Positions 1-12,087 of a DNA stretch of 64,000 nt are shown one piece after another. The DNA lies in NCBI GenBank assembly GCA_951406725.2, contig OX597819.1:125240001-125304000 (forward strand), written 5' to 3'. The notes beneath the pieces are model-generated. The model saw only the letters and a program-made list of their open reading frames with translations. It had not been told where the DNA came from and did not search any database. The position numbers and the translations under genes are program-made. The DNA comes from Octopus vulgaris (lineage: Eukaryota). How positions within the stretch are numbered: the stretch's first letter is position 1; every line of letters starts with the position of its first letter.

Positions 1-942
1 ATGTGTTAACCAGATATGAACAAGAAATTTATGACATTTTTCAGGGCTTCCAAGAAAGAAAGAAGATATTTATCTTTAGACAAAGACCTAACCTGAATGC
101 TTGCGATAGACTGTAACTTACAACAATAGCATTTGAAGTTACTTAATTTCAGTTTCTTTATGTCACACCGAATGACAGGTAACTTTCTGAGAAGAGCCTG
201 TCACCTACTTCTAAAAGAAAAAGCTAAAGAGAGACAGTGCAGAATTAAATTTTCTATATACAGACAAAATGAAATACCTACAACAAATATAACCCTTAAC
301 TTATATGTTTGTAGACAAATACTATATCTTCTTAGTCATTCCATTTCCTCAAACAGTATGCAAAATCTTTTCAAATTTCTAAAAGCTAAATTTGAAAAGA
401 TTTTTTCATTTTAATCAGGTTGATAAAATAAGTACCAGTAATCTGCTGTGGCTGATTGAACAACTCAGTTTCGTTCAGAGCTTCTTAAAGAAAATCAAAC
501 AGGACAGGCCTGACTGTGTGGCTGAGATGTTCACTTTGCAATCACGTGGTATTAGGTGTGTGGGGAGCTTCTTGTCATATGTATGTGTGTATGCATCTTT
601 GTGTTTGTTCCCAGACCTCCTTTTAACTGCCAGTGTCGGTTTGTTTACATCCTTGCAATTTAGTAGTTCAGCAAAAAGAGATTGGTAGCAAAAAGTACCA
701 TACTCAAAATAAGTACTGGATTTAACTTATTTGACTAAACACTTCACAAATTGAAGATTCATTGATTTCTAACTTAGACACAAAAACCTCAGATATCAGA
801 GGTTAGATTCAATTATATCAAACCCATTATTTGACTGGTACTTTATTATATTGTCTTTGGAAAGGTGAAAGACAGAGTTGACCTCAGCAAAATCACTTAG
901 AATTATGCTTCTTGCTGCTCAATTCAACAGGTACCATGCTCT

Positions 943-1215
943 CATCATCATCATTTAACATCTGCTTTCCATGCTAGCATGGGTTGGACGATTTTGACTG
1001 AGGGCTGGCCAACCAGATGGCTGCACCAGGCTTCAATCTTGATCTGGCAGAGTTTCTACAGCTGGATGCCCTTCCTAATGTCAACCACTCCGAGAGTGTA
1101 GTGGGTGCTTTTTACGTGCCACCAGCACGGGGCCAGTCTGGCGGCACTGGCAACGACCTCGCTTGAATCTTCTACACATGCCACTGGCGCGGGTGCCAGT
1201 ATGGCAATGCTGTAC
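943..1215 (-). mobile_element. Retroposon family A ((GAT)n tail, GAAGGGCATCCAGCTGTAGAAAC core)
   Basis: One of about 20 copies in the window; source of the recurring LQLDALPNANHSESVVGAF ORFs. Confidence 0.85.
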
Positions 1216-1478
1216 CATAATGTACTGTCCTTGATAAAACTTTAAACTGCATCCAGTAGTGGGGAGTTGGTGTGGGAGTTCCTGGGCCTTGAGGAGTGTA
1301 GAACCACTTCTTAGTCACTATTGTTCCCAAGTCTTAACTAACATGTGCTTTTGAGGAGGTGGAGCACATCAGCATAAAAACCGGTCCATCTAGGAGAAGG
1401 AAACTCCAATATCAAACCATCACAGCCATGTGGAATGGTGCAAACAAGGCAGATTTCAATTATATCTGAGACAACCAG

Positions 1479-1705
1479 GGCGGCGAGCTGGCAGAAACGT
1501 TAGCATGCTGGGCGAAATGTGTAGCCATATTTCATCTGCCGTTACGTTCTGAGTTCAAATTCCGCCGAGGTTGACTTTGCCTTTCATCCTCTCGGGGTCG
1601 ATAAATTAAGTACCAGTTGCGCACTGGGGTCGATGTAATCGACTTAATCCATTCATCCTTGTTTGTCCTCTTTGTGTGTAGCTCCTTGTGGGTAGTAAAG
1701 AAATA
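1479..1705 (+). mobile_element. SINE family B (GGCGGCGAGCTGGCAGAA head)
   Basis: B-box-like GAGTTCAAATTC; 18-bp TSD TATATCTGAGACAACCAG at 1461-78 and 1706-23. Confidence 0.85.
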
Positions 1706-2655
1706 TATATCTGAGACAACCAGCAGCCCACTGCAACTACCCTAACCAACTCCAGTATGGCACCAATACTAGTGATGTCACTGCTGAAGGTGGGTGGCCA
1801 AGTGTGTGGCCCTTGTGGTTGCAACACATGGTCCATCCTCAACAGAATCATGCGAAGGCCATCTGTGGCTTGGGCAATGAGCATCTCTGCTTCCTGCTCC
1901 AAGTCCAGTAGCAATGGTTAAACTGGATGACGGGGAAGGGTTGATCAGCTGGAAACCCTTCAACCCTGATCCATGTGGTGCTTGAAGGTCATCCTGTCTA
2001 CAAAGCGTGATGTTATGTATTGCATGCAGGGGTGTGTGGGGTGTGCATGGCATAACTTCATACTTGGTTAGTTAGCTTTCAGAGGATTCACATGTGTAAA
2101 ATACTAACTTCAACAATTTATGTCAAAAACATCCAAATTTCAATAATGTACCTCATCTCTCCCACGGGGAAAGTAAGTGCAAGAAAATATTTACAGAAAT
2201 CTGTTTGTGTATTGATTATAAAACCAGACAATGTTAATGCATCAGTGAATCTTAAAACGCGATCAAATTGATACATGTATAGTGGGTGTCTGAGTGAGTG
2301 CATATGTATGTGAATCAGTTGTGTGCGGGTTTGCATAGCTGAGTGAATTAGTTATGTGTGGGTTTGGTTCCTTATATGTGTATGTACGCATACACATATA
2401 TAAATATGCACAGAATACATATACACACATATATATGTATGTAATTATATTCATAAATGCACATACATAAATATGCATTTATGAATATATTTACTCGTGT
2501 GTGTGTGTGTGTGTGTGTGTGTAATAATAAAAAGATGTATGAAGGAGTTATACATTCTTTGCTACATTATTTCATTAGATCTTATTATGATGTAACATCA
2601 TATATTCAGTAATGTAAGACATGCAACATCCATAAGATTATACAATATATTATCG

Positions 2656-3075
2656 TTATCGTTACCAGCGTCGCCTTACTGGCACTTGTGCCTGTGCTTG
2701 TAGGGTGCCAAGAGCACCATCCGAGCGTGTCCATTGCCAGAGCAGCCAACTGGCTTCCGTGCCGGTGGCACATAAAAGGTCACCATTCGAGCATGATCAT
2801 TACCAACGTTGCTTTACTGGCACCTGTGCTGGTGGCATGTGTAAAAAGATTCGAGCGGGGTCGTTGCCAGTACCGCCTGGCTGGCCCCTGTGCCGGTGAC
2901 ATGTAAAAAGCACCCACTACACTCTCAGAGTGGTTGGTGTTAGAAAGGGCATCCAGCTGTAGAAACTCTGCCAGATCAAGATTGGAGCCTGGTGCAGCCA
3001 TCTGGTTCACCAGCCCTCAGTCAAAATCGTCCAACCCATGCTAGCATGGAAAGCGGATGTTAAACGATGATGATG
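2656..3075 (+). mobile_element. Retroposon family A
   Basis: Several 5' tandem subrepeats, core and (GAT)n tail. Confidence 0.85.
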
Positions 3076-3124
3076 AATAATCTCCAAATCATCAGGCAAC
3101 CCTATGCAGATCAGTATTAGAGAG

Positions 3125-3243
3125 GCTTATAGCTTTATCCCATGGAATGCACCAGTTCCTGATCAATCACTAAAATTACACAATGTTGAGCCTAGTTAGA
3201 ACTTAGATGGTGACCACTTGGAAAACCTAAGTGCTTACTTTTT
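3125..3243 (+). pseudogene. Degenerate 5S rRNA pseudogene (or 5S-derived SINE head)
   Basis: Colinear with animal 5S rRNA (gcaccagttcctgatcaatcactaaaatt...gagcctagttagaacttagatggtgaccacttgg...gtgct, then T-run), with many substitutions, several CpG-decay type. Confidence 0.7.
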
Positions 3244-3334
3244 TCCAACCCTTGACAACATCAAATATGAACATTAAATGGTAATGATTACATTGTTAGA
3301 CCAGCAAGTTCAACAACATATGAACGCTCAAAGA

Positions 3335-3602
3335 AAGAATACCAACTTGCTGAAGCATGGAACAAACTGCTGGCATCAGTTCTTTGTTGTCGGAGCACTG
3401 CATCCTTCAAAACTTCCATGCTTCCTGAGATTCGCCAACACTACACCTAATTTTCTCCCCTCCATACACACGCAAGCATGTATCTGACTCATACACTGTT
3501 TGCTTTCCAGACATTTGTACATTACTGCATATACTTTATATGCACTTTTGACAAGTTGTGGTGCACCTGAGCACTATATACAATAATTTCATTATTATTA
3601 TT
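3335..3602 (+). mobile_element. CR1-type LINE 3' end fragment
   Basis: Reverse-complement match to 47890-48020, the tail of the CR1-like ORF; ends in (ATT)n. Confidence 0.65.
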
Positions 3603-3989
3603 TTAACTGTTCACTATACAGAAGTGGGGGGGAGGGAGAATAACCAGCCAATCAGAAATTGTAGGCAGTGCAACTCTGCTGTCAGAGAATGAGTGATGTC
3701 CAAACTGGAATCCAAGTGAGAAGATTAGTGGAAAATAAATCATAATTCAAGAGAACAAATAATGAAAAAAACCAAGAAGAAAATTTGAATTGCATATTTT
3801 ATCTTCTACTACCTCTAAATGTACTGACTTCACCCAGAATCAGACAAGCAGCACAAATTACTTATCACAGAGACCATTCAAAACTGACCTATCAATGCTT
3901 TGAAGTAATCAGCAGACTCATTCATAAAGGGGAAATGTACTAAATTATATATATATATATATATATCATCACCATCATCCGTTTAACGG

Positions 3990-4323
3990 CCCCAGTATGC
4001 AACTGGTATTTAATTTATCGACCCTGAAAGGATGAAAGGCAAAGTTGACCTCATGCGGAATTTGAATTCAGAACGTAAAGACAGACGAAATACCTATTTC
4101 TTTATTACCCACAATGGGCTAAACGCAAAGGGGACAAACAAGGACAGGCAGACGGATTAAGTCGATTACATCGACCCCAGTGCGTAACTGGTACTTATTT
4201 AATCGATCCCGAAAGGATGAAAGGCAAAGTCAACCTCGGCGGAATTTGAACCCAGAACGTAGTGGCAGATGAAATACCGCTAAGCACTTCGTCCGGCGTG
4301 CTAACGTTTCTGCCAACTCACCA
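3990..4323 (-). mobile_element. SINE family B with internal duplication
   Basis: Reverse match to the 1479 family. Confidence 0.8.
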
Positions 4324-4621
4324 TCTTAAAACATTTTACCCGGGTGTTAACGGTTCTGCCAGCTTGCCGCCTTATAATAATAATAATAATTATTATTATA
4401 TTGGTTTCATATTTTGGCTCAGGGCCAGCAATTTTAGAGGATGGAAAGCCTTTTTTTTTTTTTTACACCAGTGCTCAACTGCAAAATGATGCTACTCTTA
4501 AAGCAGATGTGCAACACAGTATGTTATGTGTTTTTTTAAAGAAAATTTAGGCTCAAATATCAAAATCCTTGGTTACAATGTTATGCATAGACTTTTATGG
4601 CATCTACTTTATTGTTTTCAG

Positions 4622-4869
4622 AAACTGGAACCATTTGTTAATGATTGTCAGCTCGTCGACCAATACCTCCAAGACACTCTGAAACAACTGACCGTCTATG
4701 ACCGCATTCCTTCCACTTATGATGAAACAAGTCAGTTCTTATGGGAACATGAGCAACAAATGCAGTCTATATTAGATGCCCCTCAATTGATGCTGCTACA
4801 AGACGGCCATTCCATCATTCATCAGCTACAAGAAGAAGCCCCTTATCTAAAATCTATAGAGAGCTGCAA
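4622..4869 (+). CDS. Internal exon A of a Sec14/spectrin-repeat RhoGEF (PLEKHG4/ARHGEF40- or MCF2L/Dbs-like)
   Basis: Acceptor ttgttttcAG at 4620-21, donor GTAAGT at 4870; 248 nt open frame KLEPFVNDCQ...LQDGHSIIHQLQEEAPYLKSIESC; resembles the segment after Sec14 in PLEKHG4B and MCF2L (from memory); ends in phase 2. Confidence 0.88.
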
Positions 4870-5227
4870 GTAAGTGGTACCTTTTATTTTTCACTTGAGG
4901 AGGGTTTTCAGTTACACCAAATTCTCATTGCTCTCTTTTGATCAACTTATCTGAAACTGTTCCTAATTCTATGATAGAACTTTCCATCAAGATTCCATGT
5001 TAATTTGTGTTTCAAACACCAACTTAATAACAACAGTTATTTCGATAAATTCTTCCTTATTTTCAAAATAAATAAAATAACAAAGGCAGTGTATTTCAAC
5101 AGAAACATGGAAGCAAAAAGATTGAATATATTTAGCATTAGTTGTATTGTTGAAGTGTAGAATTCACTGCAAAAAAAAAAAATATTTAATAATATCTTTA
5201 TAAAATTAACACAAAATTATGTTTATA

Positions 5228-5603
5228 TATTTGTTGTGCAAGATTTTTTATGTGAAATCATGTGTTGAAACAGATATTGTTGTATTTAGGAATGGTCATT
5301 TTGCCAGTTTAGCCAATAAAAACACACTAACTTTATATTTGGTGTTACTTTGCGCAAATGAAGACACATACAATAAAAATACAAAATGGCTGACCGTTAG
5401 TAAGGAGAGACACACAAATAAGAAAGAAGAAAGCAAAGGACCACTGATGAGGTCACGGGAGTGTGATGAAAGAACTCTGGCCAAAATAAGATTAAGATTA
5501 ATGTAAAAAATAAATAACACTGAAGCAAAGTAACACCAAATATATAGTGCGTGTGTTTTTATTGGCTAAACTGGCAAAATGACCATTCCTAAATACAACA
5601 ATA
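5228..5603. mobile_element. Foldback element, Penelope-pLTR-like, with degenerate hammerhead motif
   Basis: Inverted arms 5275-5353 / 5525-5603; central CCA-CTGATGA-GGTCAC..GTGAT-GAAA-GAAC-TC-TGG at 5441-5480. Confidence 0.55.
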
Positions 5604-5879
5604 GCAATAATATTATAATAGATATACAAAATGTTCTTTGTTTTCAAAAACCTCTTGTCGATTTCATTGAACACTTGTCTTTTGGATTAGTTGTCTATCA
5701 CCATGACCACCAAGCCACTTAACCCCATTTTCTAAGCTATTTAAGAAAACGATACTCTAGTATTACTTTCCATCTTTCACCTTTGTCTGTTGTTATTTTT
5801 AATATTCCTTCATTTTGGTTGAATGGTTTTGTTGCTTCTTTATGAATGTCACATCCACTTTAAAAGTTTCCAACCTATT

Positions 5880-7550
5880 TTATATTCATAAATTCTCTTC
5901 CTCAAAATATATCTGACAAGAAGCAAAGACTTTTGAACTGGAAGTTGTTACATCTTAACATTGTTATTCCAATCCTTTTATGCCTCTTTATATTATTAAT
6001 TCAGTTTTGTTATTATTCCTGCAAGAATGAGGAGAATGTGGTGGTTTTTATGTCAGAATAATCTGAAGTTATGTGTGAGGTGCCTTCAACCACCTTAAGC
6101 AGTTATTCTTACGCTTTGAGGATCCTTTCTTCTGGTGTTTTTCTTCCTTACTGAGATTGATATTTGTTTTTGTTTATTATTTTTCTTTCCCTTTTATCCT
6201 ATGTAAATCCCCCACTATTATTATTATTCATTTTTTAGTTGATCATTCTTTGTTCCAGCATCTTAGGTTCTTGCTGCAAATAAAAGAAATCATTATTGTT
6301 GTTATTAGTAAAAGCATTATAGTATTGCTGTGGAGGCGCAATAGCCCAGTGGTTAGGGCAGTGGACTCGCGGTTGTAGGATCGCGGTTTCGATTCCCAGA
6401 CCGGGCATTGTGAGTGTTTATTGAGCAAAAATACCTAAAGCTCCACGAGGCTCCGGCAGGGGGTGTGGTGAACCCTGCTGTACTCTTTCACCATAGCTTT
6501 CTCTTACTCTTTCTTCCTGTTTCTATTGTACCTGTATTTCAAAGGGCCAGCCTTGTCACACTCTGTGTCACGCTGAATCTCCCAGAAAACTACATTAAGG
6601 GTACACATGTTTGTGGAGTGCTCTGACACTTGCACATTAATAAAATGAGCTGCGACGTCAATGGTGCCAAGCTGCATCAGCCTTTGCCTTTCCCTTGGAT
6701 AACATCGGTGGCGTGGAGACAGGAGGCCGGTATGCGTGGGTGACAACCTTGCCCAGACTTGTACCTCGGAGGGTAACTTTCTAGGTGTAATCCCATGGTC
6801 ATTCATGACCGAAGGAGGTCACAATCACAATATAGTATTGCTGTTGGCCATTGTTTGAACTGTTGTTGGATCACCAACATTGCAAGTTTCCAAGTTGATC
6901 CAATATTTGTTAATCTTTTGGCACCATCTCTTTCATAGTCTTCCGCAATTTTATCCATTGGTTATCTCTTCTTTTTCAAATGTATCTTGCTTTCACTGCT
7001 AGATTTAAACTTTATTAGACTCTATGCTACATAAATTTGGAGCCTTTTTCTTAAAATTACACCAGATGGTCTCACAAAAGCTGATAATGTGTATTACCTT
7101 TTAATTATTTTAAGGTTTTTCTCATGAATTCTGTGAGCTTAAATTGTAACTTTGTCTTGTGTTTAAATCTGGTTCTGCTTGCCCCATTCATTTCCCCTTT
7201 TTTGCATTGGTGAAAATATTGCCTACTTTTACCGATTCTCTCTATTCTCCGCTACTCCCAACTCATGGATCTTTCCACTTTGAATTGGCACACTAACAGT
7301 TTCCTCTCCCTCTTTGTTGTTAGGGTCTAGCTTCTGTTCTGTAAACTGTTGGTATTGTTTAGAATTTTTTCCTTTTGAGGTCAATTGAAGATTTTGGTTT
7401 CATAACACTACTGTGCTTGTTGATATGGTAACATTTAAATTAGGCGTGAATCTTCACACTGCATCAGTTTTTCAGGAACTTAGACATGATACATTCAGTA
7501 ATTAACTTCTCTTAATTAATCCTGCCTGCAATCAGGTTATACTGAATTTA
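5880..7550 (-). mobile_element. Heavily degraded non-LTR retrotransposon fragments (probably R4/Dong-like), interrupted by a SINE
   Basis: Strand-skewed composition and decayed peptide hints on the - strand; no intact ORF. Confidence 0.35.
6330..6830 (+). mobile_element. tRNA-derived SINE (possibly Octopus OR-type)
   Basis: Head TGGAGGCGCAATAGCCCAGTGG...GGTTTCGATTCCC with A and B boxes; TSD TATAGTATTGCTGT at 6318-31 and 6831-44. Confidence 0.8.
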
Positions 7551-7826
7551 TTTTTGTTTGTTTGTTTTTTTCTTTTTTCTTATTGTATTGGACAAAAATT
7601 ATCATGTGATGGCAACCGATGAAGGAGAAAATAAGGAAGACCATAAAAGAGTTGGTATGATAAGATTAACAAACACTGAATCATCATCAATTGGATTACC
7701 TCAAAGAGGAGACTGGTAAAACTTGCAATATTGGTCGTCCAGCAACGGCTCAACTATGGCCAACAACAACAACAATACCATAATGTTTACACTAATGACA
7801 ACAATAATGATTTCTTATAAATGCAC

Positions 7827-7862
<36 letters not shown>

Positions 7863-7897
7863 ATGTAGGTAACATGTATTGCTTTTGTTCCTTTCAG

Positions 7898-8036
7898 AGA
7901 AGAACTTGTATCAGTTAAAAAAATGTACAAAGAATTACAGAACTCAATGAAGAATTTAGTTAAACTTGCTGAAAACCGTTTTCATAAACTTGAACAAGGA
8001 CTTCAACTTCGAGGTTTCGAGAGTGAATGTAATAAA
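7898..8036 (+). CDS. Internal exon B of the same RhoGEF
   Basis: Acceptor ttgttcctttcAG, donor GTAAGT at 8037; first base completes the AAA codon from exon A; reads EELVSVKKMYKELQNSMKNLVKLAENRFHKLEQGLQLRGFESECNK; KLEQxLQLRxFE is a spectrin-repeat junction motif of Dbs/Trio-type GEFs; absent from the ORF track. Confidence 0.9.
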
Positions 8037-8221
8037 GTAAGTTTTTCTATAAATTCTTTCTAAACTATTTCATAGTAGAGTAAAGTGTTGCACTTGGGAT
8101 AATTTGTTTTCAAAATGAAAAAAACCAACAGGGTGGAAGTCCAGAATAAATCAAGTAAGATGGTGGTGGTAGTGGTGGTGGTAGTAGTGGTGGTGGTGAC
8201 AGCAGTTGCAGTGTCAGCTAC

Positions 8222-8495
8222 AACACCTAAAGCTCCACGAGGCTCTGGCAGGGGGTGGTGGTGACCCCTGTTGTACTCTTTCGCTCCAACTTTATCTCAC
8301 TCTTTCTTCCTGTTTCTTGTCCCCGACTTCCTACGCAACCGCTGAGCCTGGATGCACATTCATCCATCCGTCAATGCTCTCGGTGTCGAGGGTTGACCTG
8401 TTTTCTCTTCTGCGGGTCTTACGAATAGCAAAGGACCACGTTTCGGACTTCTTCCACTCTGGGACGAAGACTGCTTCGCTCAACAAACAAACAAA
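8222..8495 (+). mobile_element. 5'-truncated SINE related to 6330
   Basis: Shares ACCTAAAGCTCCACGAGGCT... core; (AAAC)n tail. Confidence 0.65.
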
Positions 8496-8890
8496 TCAGC
8501 TACAACAATGCCAATGGCTGTGGGGGAAGGTGAAACCTAAACACCCCTATTTTCCCAGTTGGACTGATTGTCATTCAATGGCAAATGATAGCAAGCTCTC
8601 TCAATTCACAAAAGATTCTTCTGTTATTGTTTGCAACTTACATCTATCAGGACTTTTTAAAAATAAGAAATGTTAGGAATAACCTAAACCTAACATATAA
8701 CACAGGTGACATTTGCAACACATCCACACATATACAAATCAACAAATCTATTATAAAACTTGATGCCAAATCTCTCACAATCTGAAGCTCACTGTTAAAT
8801 GGGAAGAAATAATTGGAAGGTAAACAAATGATGTCTCTCTTAAAAAGAAAGATCTGATTATTTTACTTAAGCAGCAAATTATTCTCTACA

Positions 8891-9236
8891 TCGTGGCCGT
8901 TGCCAGCCCACCCTGGCACCTGTGCTGGTGGCACCTAAAAAGCACCATCCGTATGTGGCCGATGCCAGCGCTGCCTTGACTGGCTTCCTTGTCGGTGGCA
9001 TGTAAAAACTACCAACCGATCGTGGCCGTTGCCAGCCTCCCCTGGCACCTGTGCCGGTGGCATGTAAATAGCACCCACTACACTCACGGAGTGGTTGGCA
9101 TTAGGAAGGGCATCCAACTGTAGAAACACTACCAGATCAGACTGGAGCCTGGTACAGACTCCTGGTTCCCCAGACCCTGGCCGAACCATCCAACCCATGC
9201 TAGCATGGAAAACGGACGTTAAACGATGATGATGAT
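8891..9236 (+). mobile_element. Retroposon family A
   Basis: Three subrepeats, core and tail. Confidence 0.85.
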
Positions 9237-9490
9237 TGTAAATTCATGATAGAGGAGCAAATAAGTTTGCCTTCACTCACATATGAAGCATCAACAGAAA
9301 TATATGTCAGCTTAGTAGAACTCAGTAATGATCATTAGGGCAAGAATAAACTGTTAAACTGACCCTTTACGTAATTCGCCATACTGCACTGAGATTTTGT
9401 TTCCTGTGATGATAAAAACCTGATTAAACTTGTTTTGCAACTCTAGCCTATACTCTAGGAGAAAACAAACTCTCTATATATACATATATA

Positions 9491-10512
9491 CAGGGTGCGA
9501 TGGGTAAATTGTCACCATTTTATATTTTTAATTCCATGCATGATTTTGTTGACTACACAGTATAATTGGGTCAGTTGGACACTGTCTGTGAGAAAAACAG
9601 CACTATGACACAATTCACTCTGCCAGAAATTTGGAAACGGCATTCTGTACTGCTTGGCATTCACACTGGAAGATCCAGTATGAACATTTCAGAGTGTTTG
9701 AGTGTCAATCTGAGGACAGTGCAATCTGTGGACATGTACCGAGAGTGATAAAAATCAAACATCCAATCAACAGCATGGTGTTTGGAAGGATCGCTTGTGA
9801 TGGTGACATTATACCTCCATTCATCTTCCCACACAGTCTCAGACACAATACAGAGGCCTACATCAAGTGCCTGGAGAAGGCAGTACTGCCCTGGGTCGTC
9901 AAGAGGGTGGCTGCAGGAAGACCCTATGTCTGGCAACAGGACTCTGCACCATGCCACACAAGCAGGAGAACCCAGTCGTGGTTGTCAGACAATTTCTGCA
10001 ACCACATCACCCCTAACACCTGGCCACCTACTTCCCAGATTTCAACCCCCTTAATTATTATGTGTGGGGTACAGTTGAGTGAGAGACCAACAAAACTCCT
10101 TGTAACACCAAAGATGAACTGAAGGCAAGGCTTATGACAGCCTTCACCAACTTAAACAAGGAGACTGTTCAAAAGAGTAGCAAGAGATTCCAAAGTCGTT
10201 TGGAGGCTGTGGTTGAAGACAATGGCGATTTTATTGAATAAATTTACTCTTTGGTGTTTCAAGATATTTTTATGTAATTTTGGTAAATCATCATCATCAT
10301 CATCATCGTTTAACGTCCGTTCTCCATGCTAACATGGGTTGGACGGTTCGACCGGGGATCTGGGAAGCCAGAAGGCTGCACCAGGCTCCAGTCTTATCTG
10401 GCAATGTTTCTACAGCTGGATGCCCTTCCTAACGCCATATCTGTTAAAATGAGATGTCAGTGTTATTTTCTTATTTGTATAATTTAGATGACAGTTTATT
10501 TACCTCACTCTG
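9491..10512 (+). mobile_element. Tc1/mariner (maT/DD37D-like) relic with internal deletion and nested SINE
   Basis: TA|CAGGGTG...CACTCTG|TA ends with imperfect TIRs; ORF 9631-10122 has PYVWQQDSAPCHTS...WPP, frameshifted before the NPLxYYVWG motif. Confidence 0.85.
10288..10437 (-). mobile_element. Retroposon family A, truncated, nested in the maT relic
   Basis: Tail and core only. Confidence 0.8.
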
Positions 10513-11215
10513 TATATATATATAAACCTGGAGTATTGTTGTTACACATGCCGTTAATCATTTTACACACACACGTACACATTCTCCCCCGCTTAAAAAT
10601 GCTCAGTTTCATTAAAATGATCAGCTAGTTATTGTATTGGCTTATCAACTCTTTTCTTCACTTCAAACCCAAGTAGATAAATTCTGTTGTGTATTTAATA
10701 CAGTATACGTCTCCCTGTCCAAATTCGAATCACACCTAACCGTTAGACCTATGACAAATAGACACCTGAGCTCTGACAATGTTTTCTCCAACAGCACCAC
10801 ACTGTGAAACTGGAGTTAAGTATAAACCAGCCCTGATAAGTCTCTTATTGCCTTTGGTGGTGCATTAAAATTTTCATCTTTATTATCTCTAAAGTGAGAT
10901 AAAGAGAGATGATTCATTTTAAATTTTAATTAAAATCTAATAGCTGTAAATTTCATTCAAACTCTGCTGTCTTCCCCCCTTTCTTTCCCTCTCTTTCCCC
11001 TTCTCTCATATTTGTATCAACTCAAAACAATTTCCTGCATCACCTAAAGACAAATTCTTTCATCATCCAAAAAAGAATTTTCTTCTCATCTCTCTAAAGC
11101 AACATTTTAAATTACTCCAAAACTAAATTTTACAGTTTCTGAATAACTTTTCAAAGAAATCCTCTGCAACATCCCTAAGCAGTTTCTATTATTAAAATAT
11201 CTTTATTCATTTCCT

Positions 11216-11620
11216 TACTCTTTTCTCTTTTACTCTTTTTTACTTGTTTCAGTCATTTGACTGCAGCCATGCTGGAGCACCGCCTTTAGTCGAGCAAATC
11301 GACCCCGGGACTTATTCTTTGTAAGCCCAGTACTTATTCTATCGGTCTCTTTTGCCGAACCGCTAAGTGACGGGGACGTAAACACACCAACATCGGTTGT
11401 CAAGCAATGCTAGGGGGACAGACACACAAACATATACACACATACATATATATATACATATATACGACAGGCTTCTTTCAGTTTCCGCCTACCAAATCCA
11501 TTCACAAGGCATTGGTCGGCCCGGGGCTATAGCAGAAGACACTTGCCCAAGATGCCACGCAGTGGGATTGAACTCGAACCATGTGTTTGGTTAGCAAGCT
11601 ACTTACCACACAGCCACTCG
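11216..11620 (-). mobile_element. SINE family C (tRNA-like head, internal microsatellite, (AAAAGAGT)n tail)
   Basis: Near-identical to the copies at 16004, 28673 and 50754. Confidence 0.85.
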
Positions 11621-11732
11621 TATCATATAATAATATCTTGTTTGTAAAAACCATCACCATGTTTTCTACAGTTTATTGCAGCTAGTATTGAACAGTAGTT
11701 GCACCTTCTAGCTGCACTAATAACCTTTAACA

Positions 11733-12087
11733 AAGCACCGTCCGAACGTGGCAGATACCAGCGCCGCCTGACTGGCATCTGTGTCGGTGACATGTAAAAG
11801 CACCAACCGATCATGGCTGTTTGCCAGCCTCGTCCGGCCTCTGTGCCAGTGGTTCGTAAAAAGCACCATCCGATCGTGGCCGTTTGCCAGCCTTGTCCGG
11901 CCCCTGTGCTGGTGGCATGTAAAAAGCACCCACTACACTCTCGGAGTGGTTGGCGTTAGGAAGGGCATCCAGCTGTAGAAACACTGCCAAACCAGACTGG
12001 AGCCTGGTGCAGCCTCCATGGCTTACCAGACCCTGGTCGAACCGTCCAACCCATGCCAGCATGGAAAGCGGACGTTAAACGATGATG
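11733..12087 (+). mobile_element. Retroposon family A
   Basis: Three subrepeats, core and tail. Confidence 0.85.

Noticed and set aside
153-178. AG...GT bounded 26-nt micro-exon candidate
   Set aside because: The frame needed to join exon A in phase 0 contains TGA.
1724-2055. GC-richer block with short ORFs
   Set aside because: Probably a decayed LINE end; no splice-compatible frame or recognisable motif, so not annotated.
2780-3010. Recurring ORFs with LQLDALPNANHSESVVGAF that look like a gene family
   Set aside because: Antisense translations of retroposon family A; frames break differently in each copy.
6330-6405. tRNA-like sequences (also near 25940-26012, 36530-36600, 52460-52540)
   Set aside because: No proper acceptor stem; each continues into a SINE body with TSDs, so they are SINE heads, not tRNA genes.
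9020-9075. CCAGCCTCCCCTGGC resembling the HDV ribozyme P3/L3
   Set aside because: No upstream P1 partner, P1.1 or J4/2-P2 arrangement could be found.
8891-9080. Regularly spaced GGTGGCAyGTAAAAAGCACC repeats resembling a CRISPR array
   Set aside because: The intervening sequences are homologous to each other, the context is eukaryotic, and there are no cas genes; these are SINE subrepeats.
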